Shown: positions 41,274 to 52,600, counted from the stretch's first letter. The stretch: 64,000 nucleotides of DNA from Vicinamibacteria bacterium (GCA_963422395.1 OY729431.1:1984001-2048000); one strand, 5' to 3'. Translations and numbers: made by a program. The notes: generated by a model from the sequence alone, not told the origin.

Positions 41274-42612
41274 GGGAACTCCCCTGACGGAGTCCTTGCG
41301 GCTCACCGCGCCGGATCTGGCGTGTCTCGTCGCGGACTCGCCGAAACACCCGCTGGACTATGCGCTGATACTCCACTTCGAGCGTTCGGAGCACCCGCCT
41401 TTTTCGCCCCTCGCCCTCGAGCGCGGGGCCGAGAGTGCCCGGCAGGCGTTTCCGGTCGCCGGGAGCGTTCTCGAAAGCGGACGCCTCTCGGCCCCGGTGT
41501 GGACCCCTGCCCCCGGCCACTGTGCGGCACCGACCGTCCGGATGACCTCCGAAGAGGATTCCACTCCCTTGATCGACGGCTTTCTCGCTCCCCGCTTCCG
41601 CCTCGAAGAGGAACCGCCGCTCCGCCAGCTCCTCGCCGCGGGAGGGGATCCTCCCCGGTGGAGCCTCGTGACCCGGATCCACCACGCGGCTTCGGACCTC
41701 ATCGGCGCGCTGTTGTTCATCCGCCGCCAACTGCGGGTGGCGCAGGGAGAGGAGGTTCCTCCAAAGGCGCCGCAGCGGAGCTCCCCGCTGCTCCAACTGC
41801 GGCCCGAGCGGCCGGCGCGAAATCCGGATTCGCGGCCCTCCACTCCGCTCGCTACCCGACCCGCGCCGCGTGGATCCGCGCGCCGCTTTCGAACCTTTAG
41901 GGTGCCCCGCCTGCCGTCCTCGGGGCCGCGCGGCGGTTTCCGCTGGAACGATGCCCTGCTCGCAGCAGCACTCGAGGCGCTCGCGTCCTGGAACGACAGC
42001 CAGGGGAGCGACAGCGGGGGGAACCCCAGTCGGAGGAATCACACTCCGGGCGCTTCGAAGTCGCGGATCGGACTCTGGGTGCCGATGAACATCCGCCGGG
42101 AGCGTTTCCACGGCTTCGGAAACGGCGCGTCCCGCCTCCGGATCCACCGCGAGCCTCTCCCTTCCGGATCCGCCCCATCCTTCGAGGCTCGCTGCCGCGC
42201 AGTCCGCCGGACGATAGACCAGAAAAAGCGGGCCGGCGAGTGGGCGCTTCCCGCCTGGACCCCGCCGGCGGCGCTCGCGCGCGCCGCGGCGCCGCTCCTC
42301 GCCCGCTGGCTGGACCGTCCCTGGGCCGACTACGGCACCGCGGGCTTCACCCATCTCGGGCGCTGGCCCGGAGATGAGGACCCGGTGTTCCGCGGACTCG
42401 AAGCCATCGAGGTCGTCGCCTGCCTGCATCGGCGCCACCCGCTCTACTTCGCGGGAATGTCCCATGCCGGGCGCACCTGGGTAACGATCACCTGGGACCC
42501 AGCACTCCTCGCGCCGCAGGAAATCGACACCATCGCCGCCTCCTTCACGAACGCCCTGTCCGAGCCCGCGACGGGCGGCGGAGCACCGCTCGGACCGCCG
42601 GCCAGCGAATGA
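41044..42612 (+). CDS. Stand-alone condensation-domain/CoA-dependent acyltransferase-like protein
   Basis: IHHAASDLIG (HHxxxD), FRLEEEPPLR, WNDALLAAA, VPMNIR; the true start is probably near 41280. Confidence 0.65.
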   Translation: MRDTPPAPPERAPMTISAASHTGSPSDSRCTGNTICGPISAGSSCASSCGAIRTAACCPGGTSGAERPPQPPAAPAEGTPLTESLRLTAPDLACLVADSPKHPLDYALILHFERSEHPPFSPLALERGAESARQAFPVAGSVLESGRLSAPVWTPAPGHCAAPTVRMTSEEDSTPLIDGFLAPRFRLEEEPPLRQLLAAGGDPPRWSLVTRIHHAASDLIGALLFIRRQLRVAQGEEVPPKAPQRSSPLLQLRPERPARNPDSRPSTPLATRPAPRGSARRFRTFRVPRLPSSGPRGGFRWNDALLAAALEALASWNDSQGSDSGGNPSRRNHTPGASKSRIGLWVPMNIRRERFHGFGNGASRLRIHREPLPSGSAPSFEARCRAVRRTIDQKKRAGEWALPAWTPPAALARAAAPLLARWLDRPWADYGTAGFTHLGRWPGDEDPVFRGLEAIEVVACLHRRHPLYFAGMSHAGRTWVTITWDPALLAPQEIDTIAASFTNALSEPATGGGAPLGPPASE

Positions 42613-44165
42613 ACGGCGGGATCCGCGGCCGAGTCCACGACTTTCTCCGCAGCGCGATCGCGGCGGCGCTCCGGCTCGCGGGAATCGGCGCCGGCCTCCG
42701 TCTTCGTCTGCGGCTTCGGTTCCGGCATCGGACCGAGGCGCGGCTTCGACAGCGGTACCGGATCACCGCCGACACCCCGCTGACCCGAGACCTCCCCGCC
42801 CCCGCAGACGGGGCGCCCCTCGCCATCACTTCGGGGACAGCGGGGTCCCCCCGGCAGGTGGCCTACCCGCGAAACCGCCTGCGCGCAGTCCGCCGCACCT
42901 TCGAGGACGCCATGCTGCGCCTCATCGCGGCCCACCGAATCCGGCGTCCGAGCCTCTATGTCTTCGGCCCGCTGCGCCCCGACCGCTCGCTGACCCGGTT
43001 GTTGGTCGCCGAGCCCCGTCCGCCGCCGGGTTTCGTACTCCTCCAGGCGCCCTACCGCGCCCAGTCCGACCCGGCGATCCTTCGCCTCGCCGACGAGTAC
43101 GGCGACGCGGCGCTGCGGTTGCTGCTCCTCACCCTGTCGAATCCGGGGATCCTCTACGCCACCAACCCCTCGACCCTGAGCACTTTTTTCGACGAGCTGG
43201 ACGCCGACTGGGAACGTGCCTCGGCGCTCGCCCGAACCGTCAGCCGCAGCCCGCCGGCACTCGATCCCGCGGCGCTCCGTATCCTCCGGCGGCTCCGCTC
43301 CACCGGAGATTCCGGCCGGCTGGCCCGACTCGCCGCGAGCCCGGCGCCCCTGCCCATCACCGCCTGGGCCCCCGCCGCGGCCATCTGTGTCTGCTGGACC
43401 GGCGGGGCGGTCCGTCCCTTCCTGGATCGACTGGACCGGCGGCTTCCAGCTCCTCGCTTCTGCCGCATTCCCATGTTCTCGATGTCCACCGAGACCGTCG
43501 AGACGATTCCGGATTTCCGCGGCCCGGAGCCTGCCTTCCTTCCGTTCGCACCCGGAGTCCTCCATGAGTTCCTCGACCAGCAGGCGGCGAACCCGCGGCT
43601 CCTATCTTCAGGCGAGCTGCAGCCGGGCGGAATCTACGAAATGGTGGTGAGCCACCGCTTCGGACTCACGCGCTATGCGACCGGCGATCTTTTTCGGGTG
43701 GCGCGCCTCACCGCCTCCGGCCCGGACCTGCGCTTCGCGCGCCGGCGCCTTCTCGGTTGGTCCTTCACCGGGGAGAAGATCACCGCGCAACAGGTGGGCT
43801 CTGCCTTCGATGCTGTCGACGCGGCATGGCCCGGCCTGCGCACGGCATTCTGGCTGGCGCTTTTTCCGGAGGATCCCGGCGCACCGGCCAGACCCGGCTA
43901 CCGGCTGGCCGCCGTCGGCCGCGGGCCGGAGAGCGCCGGAGCCCAAGCGCTGCCCCCCGGTCTCGAAGGGCAGCTGGACGCACTGCTCTCGGAGCAGAAC
44001 CCGGAGTACCGGGCCAAACGGGAGAGCGGCCGGCTGGGCCCGATCCGCCTGGCACAGCCGAGCCTCGTCGAGTTCGTCCGCCGTGCCTCCGGAGAGCGCG
44101 CCGCCTCGCCGGACTCCCAGTTCAAGTTCCAGCCGTTCTATCCGCGCCAGTGGGAGGCGGAATGA
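42609..44165 (+). CDS. GH3-family acyl-adenylating amide synthetase
   Basis: ITSGTAG, SMSTE, HEFL, GLTRYATGD, FTGEKIT, NPEYRAKRESGRLGP. Confidence 0.75.
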   Translation: MNGGIRGRVHDFLRSAIAAALRLAGIGAGLRLRLRLRFRHRTEARLRQRYRITADTPLTRDLPAPADGAPLAITSGTAGSPRQVAYPRNRLRAVRRTFEDAMLRLIAAHRIRRPSLYVFGPLRPDRSLTRLLVAEPRPPPGFVLLQAPYRAQSDPAILRLADEYGDAALRLLLLTLSNPGILYATNPSTLSTFFDELDADWERASALARTVSRSPPALDPAALRILRRLRSTGDSGRLARLAASPAPLPITAWAPAAAICVCWTGGAVRPFLDRLDRRLPAPRFCRIPMFSMSTETVETIPDFRGPEPAFLPFAPGVLHEFLDQQAANPRLLSSGELQPGGIYEMVVSHRFGLTRYATGDLFRVARLTASGPDLRFARRRLLGWSFTGEKITAQQVGSAFDAVDAAWPGLRTAFWLALFPEDPGAPARPGYRLAAVGRGPESAGAQALPPGLEGQLDALLSEQNPEYRAKRESGRLGPIRLAQPSLVEFVRRASGERAASPDSQFKFQPFYPRQWEAE

Positions 44166-44784
44166 AGCGGAGCAGCTCCCCGAACGAAGGAAAGTCCCGA
44201 CCCAGGATCAGGCTCCGGCAGCCCGCCGCCAGCGCCGCCCGACCGTCGGTGTCCGGTCGGTTCCCGAGGTGGAGAAGAGCACCCGCAGGAATCCTCAGAT
44301 CGGCGGCCGCCTGCCGGAACACCCCGGCGTCCGGTTTCAGTACCCCGAGCGCTTCCGCAGCGTAGATCCGGTCGAAACACTCGCCGAGGCCGAGCGCGGC
44401 GATCCGGGGGGCGGACTCGAAGTCGGACACCGCGACCGCAATGCGTCCGGCCACCCGAAGGCCGTTCAGCAGCGCCCGCACTCCCGCCGCTGGGCCGATC
44501 CGCCGGATCGCCGGCAGCAGCAGGAGGGTTTCGCTCTCGAGGCGCCGGGCGATCCCGGATCGCCAGCCGGCAGGCAGCAACCCGCGGTCGGCCCTGAGCA
44601 GCTCGACTTCACGGCGAAACCGGCGGAGCCGGCGCAGCTCCCGGAGAGACTCCGCCGGATGTCCGGCGAGCGCGCACCGGAGGGACTCGGCCGCCACCGC
44701 GGCCGAGAGCGCCCGGTCGGAATAGAGCGTGCCGTCCACATCGAAGGAGACGGCCGTGATTCCGAGGAATGGATCCGGCGCCAT
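44122..44784 (-). CDS. HAD-family hydrolase
   Basis: FDVDGTLY, LKPD, LGNRPDTD. Confidence 0.85.
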   Translation of the reverse strand: MAPDPFLGITAVSFDVDGTLYSDRALSAAVAAESLRCALAGHPAESLRELRRLRRFRREVELLRADRGLLPAGWRSGIARRLESETLLLLPAIRRIGPAAGVRALLNGLRVAGRIAVAVSDFESAPRIAALGLGECFDRIYAAEALGVLKPDAGVFRQAAADLRIPAGALLHLGNRPDTDGRAALAAGCRSLILGRDFPSFGELLRFIPPPTGADRTAGT

Positions 44785-44794
44785 CCGGCGCAGG

Positions 44795-45901
44795 TCAGGG
44801 ATCGATCGAGAACTTTCGGATCATCCGCTGGCGGACCTCGGCGCCGTACACCGCGCCGTGAGCATCCACCGAGACCCCCTCGGGACCGCTGGTCACCGGT
44901 TCCTCGCCCGGCGCCACATCGGACACATCGTCCGGGAGATAGTGGGTCACGGTCCCATCGGCGGCGTTTCCGATGCGGATTCCGCGCCCGAATTCGGGGT
45001 TCGAGCGGGAGGTGGACTCCGAGTCGGCCACATAGATCGTGTCCTCGGCGCTGATGAAGATGCCGCTCGGCCGTCCGAATTGCAGCCACTCTTCGAGGAA
45101 GTTGCCCTCCTGGTCGAAGAGCTGGATCCGGTTGTTCCCCCGATCTCCCACGAAGAGCCGGCCCGAGGAGTCCATCGCCAGCGCGTGCGGATCGCGGAAT
45201 TGCCCGGTGCCGGTCCCGGTCTCGCCGAAACTGCCCAGGAACTCGCCCTCGGCGGAAAACCGGACGATCCGATTGTTGCCTTCGGAACCGTGTCCGTCCG
45301 CCACGAAGATGTTCCCGTTCGGCGCCACCAGCACATCGGAGGGGCCGTCGAACTGGCCGTCCGCGGCACCCGCGGCCCCGGCTTCGCCGAGCCGCAGCAG
45401 CACTTCTCCGTCGGGGCTGAACGCGATCACCTGATGACCGAGACCTTCCTGCCCCCGGGCGTCGGTGATCCAGACGTTCCCCTCATGGTCCACGAACATC
45501 CCGTGCGGCCAGGCGACGAGCCCGGCGCCGAAACTCCGCACTACCTCCCCCTCGGGGGTGAAGAGCACGATCATGTCCACTTCGGGCCGGTCGCCGCAGA
45601 AGTTCTGCCCGCAGCGTTCTGCAGTCCAGATGTTTCCGTCGGCGGCGGGAAATACCGCGCTGACCGAGCCCCAGGTGCGCTCTCCGGGCAGATCGCCCCA
45701 ATGCGCCTCGGCGCGGTACGGGTTCGGGAAATCATCATGCTCCGAGACCAGGGGTTCCCCCTGGGATTCCGTCTGGCCGGAGTCCGGCCCGGGCGGGGTA
45801 CCGCGTTCGCACCCGGCGAGGCCGAAAACGACAGCCGCGCAGACGATCCCGAGCCACGCCCCGATTCCAGTGCTCCTCCGAAGATTCTCGATACGACGCA
45901 T
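44795..45901 (-). CDS. NHL-repeat lipoprotein (peptidyl-alpha-hydroxyglycine lyase-like)
   Basis: Lipobox LAGC; WPHGMFVD, FDGPSDV, FRDPHALA, DRGNNRIQ. Confidence 0.85.
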   Translation of the reverse strand: MRRIENLRRSTGIGAWLGIVCAAVVFGLAGCERGTPPGPDSGQTESQGEPLVSEHDDFPNPYRAEAHWGDLPGERTWGSVSAVFPAADGNIWTAERCGQNFCGDRPEVDMIVLFTPEGEVVRSFGAGLVAWPHGMFVDHEGNVWITDARGQEGLGHQVIAFSPDGEVLLRLGEAGAAGAADGQFDGPSDVLVAPNGNIFVADGHGSEGNNRIVRFSAEGEFLGSFGETGTGTGQFRDPHALAMDSSGRLFVGDRGNNRIQLFDQEGNFLEEWLQFGRPSGIFISAEDTIYVADSESTSRSNPEFGRGIRIGNAADGTVTHYLPDDVSDVAPGEEPVTSGPEGVSVDAHGAVYGAEVRQRMIRKFSIDP

Positions 45902-45959
45902 GATGGTGCTCCTTCTTCCGCAGCCGGCGGAACTGCGGATTGTAAGGACCGTAGGCCGG

Positions 45960-46433
45960 CTACCGCCTCGAAACGGACAGCAGGAAGATGTACTCGGTCG
46001 GGAGGATCCGGGAAGCGCTGCCCGGAGGCGCGACTTCGAGTATCCGGATCTCGAAGCTCCGGTAGGTGGCGACCGCCTGCCCGTCAGGCGGAACCCGGAA
46101 CCCGGCGGATCCCTGGGATTCCGTGGTCTCGAGTTCGAGTTGCAGATCGAGATGTCCGGGAGCTTCGCAGGCAGACCCCGGGGGGCAGCGAGTGTCGAGA
46201 CCCACCGTCTGAACGCTCAAATAGAGAAAGTCGCTGCCGCCGGTGACCAGAGCCAGATTCCCGGCTCGAAGCGCGAAAGGTTCGCCGAGGGAGACCTGGA
46301 AGTCGGGCGCCGGAAACCCCGGCGTCGTACCGGAGTTGCAGCCGGACGCCGCGAACGCGGTCAGGAGCAGCGCGGCGGGAATCCACCGGCATCCGGAAGA
46401 ACCGACGGAACCGCAGGAAAACATCGGAGACAT
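45960..46433 (-). CDS. Hypothetical lipoprotein
   Basis: Lipobox ASGC; DTRCPPGSAC motif. Confidence 0.65.
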   Translation of the reverse strand: MSPMFSCGSVGSSGCRWIPAALLLTAFAASGCNSGTTPGFPAPDFQVSLGEPFALRAGNLALVTGGSDFLYLSVQTVGLDTRCPPGSACEAPGHLDLQLELETTESQGSAGFRVPPDGQAVATYRSFEIRILEVAPPGSASRILPTEYIFLLSVSRR

Positions 46434-46477
46434 TCTAGGGGTGCCGGCCGCGCGGCGGCTCTCGGAGTTCGGGCGAC

Positions 46478-47605
46478 TCAGAGTTCCAGCAGAAGAGCGG
46501 CCAGCAGCGCGGCGCGGCGCGGAAGATCGTCGAGACGCACCTGCTCGTGCCGCGCGTGGGCGCCGTCGCCGAGGGGCCCCAATCCATCGAGCACCGGGAC
46601 CCCCAGACCGGCGACGATGTTCCCGTCGGAACCACCGCCGGCAGCGCCCTCTCCGAGTTCCCAGTCGATTGCGGACGCCAGCCGGCGGGCCTGCTGGTAG
46701 AGCCGGACCACGCTCGCGCGGCGCGAAAGCGGCGGCCGGTTCACTCCCCCGCTCCAGGTGGCGCTCGCTTCCGGATGCGCCGGCTGAAGTTGCCGCAGCG
46801 CGGTGAGCAACCGCTCCCCTTCCACCGGATCGTCCATGCGGATGTCCACCTCGGCGGAAGCTTCCGCGGGAACGACATTCGTCCGGGACCCGCCCCGGAT
46901 CCTCCCTACATTCACCGTGATCCCGCGCTCGGGCGCTGAGAGCGCGCCGGCAGCCAGCACGATCCGCGACAGCTCGGCGATCGCGTTGATCCCCCGCTCC
47001 GGATCGAGCCCGGCGTGAGCGGCCCGCCCGCGGACCCGGACCCTCAGGACCCCGACGCCCCGGCGGGAGGTCTTGGCGCCGCCGCCGGGGAGCGAGGGTT
47101 CCATCACCAGACAGGCGGCGGCGCCGGCCGCCTCCTCTTCGATGAGGGCCCGGCTCGCGCCGCTTCCGGCTTCCTCGTCGGTGGTCCAGAGGATCGTCAC
47201 CGGACGCCGGGGCTCGAGACCCCGCCGATCGAGCGCCCAGAGCGCCCCGATGGTCTGGACCAGCCCCGCCTTCATGTCATAGACGCCAGGGCCGTACGCG
47301 GTCCGCTCCTGGACCCGCCAGGGAATCTCCGCGAGCGTTCCGAGCGGCCAGACGGTGTCCAGATGGCCAAGCAGCAGCAGAGGCGCCTCGCCCGCTCGGG
47401 CTCCGGGGATCCGGATACGCAGTTGGGGCCCGCGCTCCCCGCCCCCGGGGCAGGAACCGGCGACCCGGGAGACCGCCGCACCGCGCAGGAAGCCGGAAGC
47501 ATCCTCGGTGAGAGCGCGTGCCGCCTCGTCCCCCATCCGGGCGGTCGCCCGCTGGGATTCGGTGGGCGACTCGAGACGAACGAAGCGCCCCAGCATCTCC
47601 TCCAT
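46478..47605 (-). CDS. M20 metallopeptidase (glutamate carboxypeptidase-like)
   Basis: GHLDTV, GVYDMKAG, DEEAGS, GGGSDGN, GAHARHE. Confidence 0.92.
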   Translation of the reverse strand: MEEMLGRFVRLESPTESQRATARMGDEAARALTEDASGFLRGAAVSRVAGSCPGGGERGPQLRIRIPGARAGEAPLLLLGHLDTVWPLGTLAEIPWRVQERTAYGPGVYDMKAGLVQTIGALWALDRRGLEPRRPVTILWTTDEEAGSGASRALIEEEAAGAAACLVMEPSLPGGGAKTSRRGVGVLRVRVRGRAAHAGLDPERGINAIAELSRIVLAAGALSAPERGITVNVGRIRGGSRTNVVPAEASAEVDIRMDDPVEGERLLTALRQLQPAHPEASATWSGGVNRPPLSRRASVVRLYQQARRLASAIDWELGEGAAGGGSDGNIVAGLGVPVLDGLGPLGDGAHARHEQVRLDDLPRRAALLAALLLEL

Positions 47606-47669
47606 GCAGGGACCGCTCTCCGTCAGCCAGGAGAGCAGCCCCCGGATGCCGGTGGGCTCGCCGCCGCCG

Positions 47670-49388
47670 CTATTGGACGACTTGATTCCGGACCTCCTGC
47701 AACACCTCGAGGCGCTCGGCGAGCTGTGGATCCGGATTGCCGAGCTCCACTGCCTTCGCGTACTGCGCGGCCGCTTCGGCGATCCGCTCGTAGTCGGCGG
47801 GACTCGCCGGGCAGCCGACCTGGACCGCCTGCAGCCGCTCGCCGAAGGCTGCGTCCTTGAGGGTGCAGGGGCCGTACGCCACTTGGGCCGCGTGGGCCCA
47901 GGCGAGCATCCGGAGCGGCTCTCCCCAGTTCGTCATCGCCGCCGCAGACTCGGAGAACTGCGTCTCGGCGCCGGCGAAGTCGTTCGCTGCCATGTAGGCC
48001 TGACCGAGGGCGTAGCGGGCGACCGAAAGGTCGTTGGGGTCCCCGGTTTCGGGAAATGCGGGAATCGCCGGTTCGAGTATCGCCGCCACCTCTCCCATCT
48101 GCTGTGCGGAGAAGAGAGCGATGCCGTGCTCCACCTGATAGAGCGGGTTCTCCGGGTCGGCCGCCACCGCAGATTCGGCGGCAGCGAGCCCGCCGGCGAC
48201 ATCCTGGGCCTGCCGCAGCGCCTTGGCTTTCGCGTGGTACGCCATCCCGAGGCCGGCTTTCGCCGCCGCGGATTCCGGATCGGCCGCCGCCGCCGCCTCC
48301 ATTTCCGTCACTGCGTCGTCATGGGAACGCGCTTCGATGGCGAAATGGCCCAGCGCGACATGCGCCGCGGCACGCGCCGCCGGAGGAGAGTTCTCGAGGG
48401 TGGTGACCTTCTGGTAGTAGGTCGCCGCCTGACCGGCGTTCCCCTGCGCTGCGTACACCTGTGCGAAGGCGAGGTTCGCGGCCGGATCGTTCGCGTTCAC
48501 GGTGATGGCCATCGCCAGGTCGCCGTACGCCTCGGCCTGGTTCCCGAGGGCGTTGTTCGCCAGGCCGCGGATACCGTAGGCGCTGGTGAGCTGGTCGTTC
48601 AGCTCGAGCGCCGCGGTGGCCGCCTGCACCGCACCCTGGAAATCCTCGCGGGCGAAAAAGATCTCGGCGAGTCCGGCATGCGCCCGGGCGGTGTTCGGAT
48701 CGAGTTCGACGGCGCGCTGGAACGACGCCTCGGCGCCGTCCCAATCCTCGGCGGCGGCGGCCGCCTGGCCGAGGGTGGAGTGCGCGATCGCGCTGTCGGG
48801 CTCGAGTTCGAGAGCCTTGTGCGCCATGGCCGCAGCTTCGACGAACTGCCCCTGGCGAGCCAAACTCGCTCCGAGGCCCAGATAGGTGGATACCGGCGGA
48901 TTCGGGTGCAGCTCGATGACTTTCTGCCCGGCTTCGATGACCTTGAGATCGTTCTCGAGCATGGCGTAGGCATGCGCCATCTCGGTCCACGCTTCGAGGA
49001 TCTCGCCGGAGTCCTCGAGGCTGGAGACCGCCTGGGAATAGCTGTCGGCGACATTTTCCCACTCCTCGAAGTTTCGGTACACCCGGGCGAGTTCGAGCCG
49101 CACATCGTGGCGGTCCGGGTAGTCCTGGAGCACCCGCAGGAAGAGGCCTCCCGCCTGGCTCCAGGCCGCCTGCGCGGCCTCCGGGTCTCCGTCGCGCGCG
49201 GCTTTTTCGGCGTCTTCGAGGTGCTCCTCGGCGAGGTCGAGCGCCCGCGAGACTTCCCGGCGGGTCAGCGGTTCCTCTTCCTGGGAGAACGAAGACGAGA
49301 CCCCGAACGCGGCCGTGAGGCCGAAAACAGCCGGGAACGCGAGCCGGCACAGCGAACGGGACGAAAAGCGAGTCTTCGCTTGGAACAT
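47670..49388 (-). CDS. Secreted TPR-repeat protein
   Basis: Signal peptide from MFQAKTRF; multiple ALELxP..A TPR units. Confidence 0.85.
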   Translation of the reverse strand: MFQAKTRFSSRSLCRLAFPAVFGLTAAFGVSSSFSQEEEPLTRREVSRALDLAEEHLEDAEKAARDGDPEAAQAAWSQAGGLFLRVLQDYPDRHDVRLELARVYRNFEEWENVADSYSQAVSSLEDSGEILEAWTEMAHAYAMLENDLKVIEAGQKVIELHPNPPVSTYLGLGASLARQGQFVEAAAMAHKALELEPDSAIAHSTLGQAAAAAEDWDGAEASFQRAVELDPNTARAHAGLAEIFFAREDFQGAVQAATAALELNDQLTSAYGIRGLANNALGNQAEAYGDLAMAITVNANDPAANLAFAQVYAAQGNAGQAATYYQKVTTLENSPPAARAAAHVALGHFAIEARSHDDAVTEMEAAAAADPESAAAKAGLGMAYHAKAKALRQAQDVAGGLAAAESAVAADPENPLYQVEHGIALFSAQQMGEVAAILEPAIPAFPETGDPNDLSVARYALGQAYMAANDFAGAETQFSESAAAMTNWGEPLRMLAWAHAAQVAYGPCTLKDAAFGERLQAVQVGCPASPADYERIAEAAAQYAKAVELGNPDPQLAERLEVLQEVRNQVVQ

Positions 49389-49629
49389 GGAATCCTCCGG
49401 ATGCAAGAGCCTCAAGGGTCGCGGGAGCGGCAAAGCCGGCCCGCCGGATCGTATGGCAGCGGTCCGGCCCTTCAACCGGCCGCGAGCTTCCCGACGGAAC
49501 CGGGCCATCCTGCGACGCTCCCGCGCAGGTCTTCGGATCCTTCGCGGCCATGCGGAGATTCGCCGGAACCCTTCGTCGACCCCGGGAGGCGCCGGTCGTC
49601 TGCGCAGTTCGGTTCTATAGTGAGGCGCG

Positions 49630-52600
49630 ATGCCGATGCAGTTCCTGAAGAGCCCGCGGGCTGCGGTTCGGATCGCGGCTGCTCGACGGTTCCTGGGCCG
49701 GCTCGATCCGGGAGCGCCGTTCCTCGCCATCGGACAGCATCGCCATGCCGCCGATCGGCTCTGCCACGAGATCATCGAAACGCGGGAGCTCCGGAAAGGG
49801 GCTCTGCTGGGAGCTTTCCGCTACGGATTCGCCGCGCTCGCCGCGCGCCTCGCCGCACCCGAACTGGCGGCCCGGGGGATGGAGCCGCTCTCTCCCGCCG
49901 TCCGGTTGGCCTGCGTCGTCCGGGTGCTGCATCGCGCCCGGCGGGCCGGGACTCTGGGCAGGTTCGGGGAGGTGGCGCGGGGGCCGGGACTCGCGGCGCG
50001 GCTGGCGAGCACTTTCGACGAACTACGCCGCACCGGGATCTCCGCCCAGGGGACCGCCGACGCGGATCCCGATCTCGGCCGGCTCTACTCTCGCTATATC
50101 GAGACGCTCGACGGGTCGCGGCTGGCTGACCGCGCCGAGATCTTCGACGCCGCCCGGCGGAACCTCGAGGCGGGCGCCACCCCCTTCGCACGGAGGCCGG
50201 TGGGGCTTCCCGCAGTGTTCCTGGATGTCCCGCTCCACGACCGTTCGGCGAAGCGCTTCGCCGCCGCGCTGGCCGCCGCCTCCCCGGCGGTCCTGTTCAC
50301 GATCCCCACCGGGGACGACCTGACCGGCAAGACCGTGCTGGATTTCGGGGCTGCGCCGGACGCCGGCGGGGAAGTCGGCGGAACCGCGCCAGACGACGCC
50401 GTAGCGGCGGTGCAGCAGTGCCTGTTCGAGACTCGGCGTCCGGATCCACACCCAGACCCCTCGGTCGAACCATGCGGGCTCACCGTGATCTCCGCGCCGG
50501 GGAACGCCGCCGAGGCGCTTGCGGCGGCGCGCATCTTCCTGGCGGAAGCTTCCGGCGGGACCGCCTTCGATCGAATGGCGGTGCTGCTCCCGAATCCCGG
50601 CAGGCAAGCATCCGGGTTCCGGGAAGCGTTCCAAAGGGCTGGGATTCCGGCATTCTTCGAAGCCGGCGCCCGCCTCCCGCATCCGGCAGGCCGCGCATTC
50701 CTCGCGCTTCTCGACTGTGCCCGCGAAGATCTCTCCGCCGCCCGGTTCGCGGAGTACCTCTCGCTCGGGGAAACCCCAGGCGGAGGTGCCGACCACGGGA
50801 TGGCTCCGGGGGAAGCCACCGATCCCGAAGGGACCGGCCAGAAGGTCGACGACCCCTGGGCCACTGCCCCCCCGGGTGCCTCGGATAGGGAACGCGGGGA
50901 CGAAGAAGCGCCCCGCCGCTGGGAACGCCTCATCCGGGACGCCGAGGTGATCGGGGGCCTCGACCGTTGGAAGCGTCGGCTCGCGCGTTTCCGCGACCAG
51001 CTCCGGCGGGACGAAGAGGCGGAGGAAGATCCCGCGAGGCGGGAGCAGATCCGGCTCCGCCGGGAGGACATGCGCCGGCTGACGGAGACCGCGCTCCCGA
51101 TCCTGAACCTGCTCGATCGGCTGCCTGCTCCGCACGCCCGCTTCGGAGAATGGGCGGAGCACCTCGGAACATTGGCGCGCACCGCCCTCCTCCATCCGGA
51201 GGGAGTGATCGAGTGCCTGGACGAGACCGCACCGATGCGCGAAGTGGACGAAGTGACCCTCATCGAGATCCGGAGGAGCCTCGGGCGGCGCCTTTCCGAG
51301 GTGGTACCCCGCTCCCGCGGCAGCCGTTACGGCCAGGTGTGGGTCGGACCGATCGAGGCGGTGCGCGGGCTCGATTTCGAAATCGTGGCGGCGCCCGGGC
51401 TTTCGGAGCGAGCGTTCCCGCGCCCGATCCGTGAGGATCCCATGCTGCCCGACCGGCAGCGGCGCCTGCTGTCGCCGGAACTCCCGCTCCGGGAGGACTT
51501 CGTGGAGCGCGAGCGTCTCCGCCTGCGCCTGGTGGCGGGGGCGGCGACGCGCCGGCTCTTCCTCAGCTACTCCTCGCTCGATCTCGTCGAGGGGCGGCAG
51601 CAGGTCCCTTCCTATCACCTCGCCGAGGCATTCCGGGCGGGGCTCGGCCGGATCCCCACGCTGGGCGCTATCCGGAAGGCCGCCGGAGAGTCCAGCGGAG
51701 TCCTCCGCGGGCTCCGCGCCCCGAAGGATTCTTCGCTCGCCATCGATCGGCGCGAGTTCGACCTCTCGTGCGTCGCGAAGGCGCTCGGAACTCCCGAAAC
51801 TCCGGGACGCCCGGGGGCTGCTGCCTTTCTGGTCTCGAATCCCGCACTCGGCCGGGCGCTCCGCCAGGAGTACCTGCGGCAGTCCCGGAAGTGGCAGTCC
51901 ACCGATGGTTTTCTGTTCCCGAACCAGCCCGCGCTCGCCGCGCTCGCCGCCCACCGGCCGGCGAACCGGGCATACTCGGCGACCGGCCTCGAGTCCTTCG
52001 CCGCCTGCCCCTACCAGTTCTTTCTCAAGAACCTGATTCGGCTGCGGCCGACGGAACGGCCCGACGCGGTGGTGCAGCTCGATCCCTTGAGCCGCGGCTC
52101 GCTGCTGCACGAAGTGTTCTTCCATCTGGGGCAGCAGTTCCGGGCGCAGGGCCTCGCACCGCTCACCGAAGCGAGGCTCGATGAGGCGTACTCCGTCCTC
52201 GACGATGTGTTCCGGCAGGTGGAGGCGGAGCAGAAGGATCGGCTGGCGCCGGCAGTGGAGCGGATCTGGCGCGACCAGATGGACGGTCTGCTCGGCGACC
52301 TGCGCGGCTTCCTGGAACGGCTGGCCGGAACCGGCGTCGAAATCGTCGCGAACGAGTTCACCTTCGGGATGCCGGCGAGACAGCCCGCCGACCCGCGCAG
52401 CACGAGCGAGCCGGTGCTGCTACCGGGCGGGCTCCGCCTCCACGGCTCGATCGATGCGGTGGAGCGTCTTCCCGACGGAACGACCCGAATCACCGACTAC
52501 AAGACCGGCCGAGCTTCCACCGAGACCTGGCGCAACCGGAACGAGCGGATCCTCTTCGGCGGCAAGTCGATGCAGCCGCTCCTCTACGCGCTCGCCCAAG

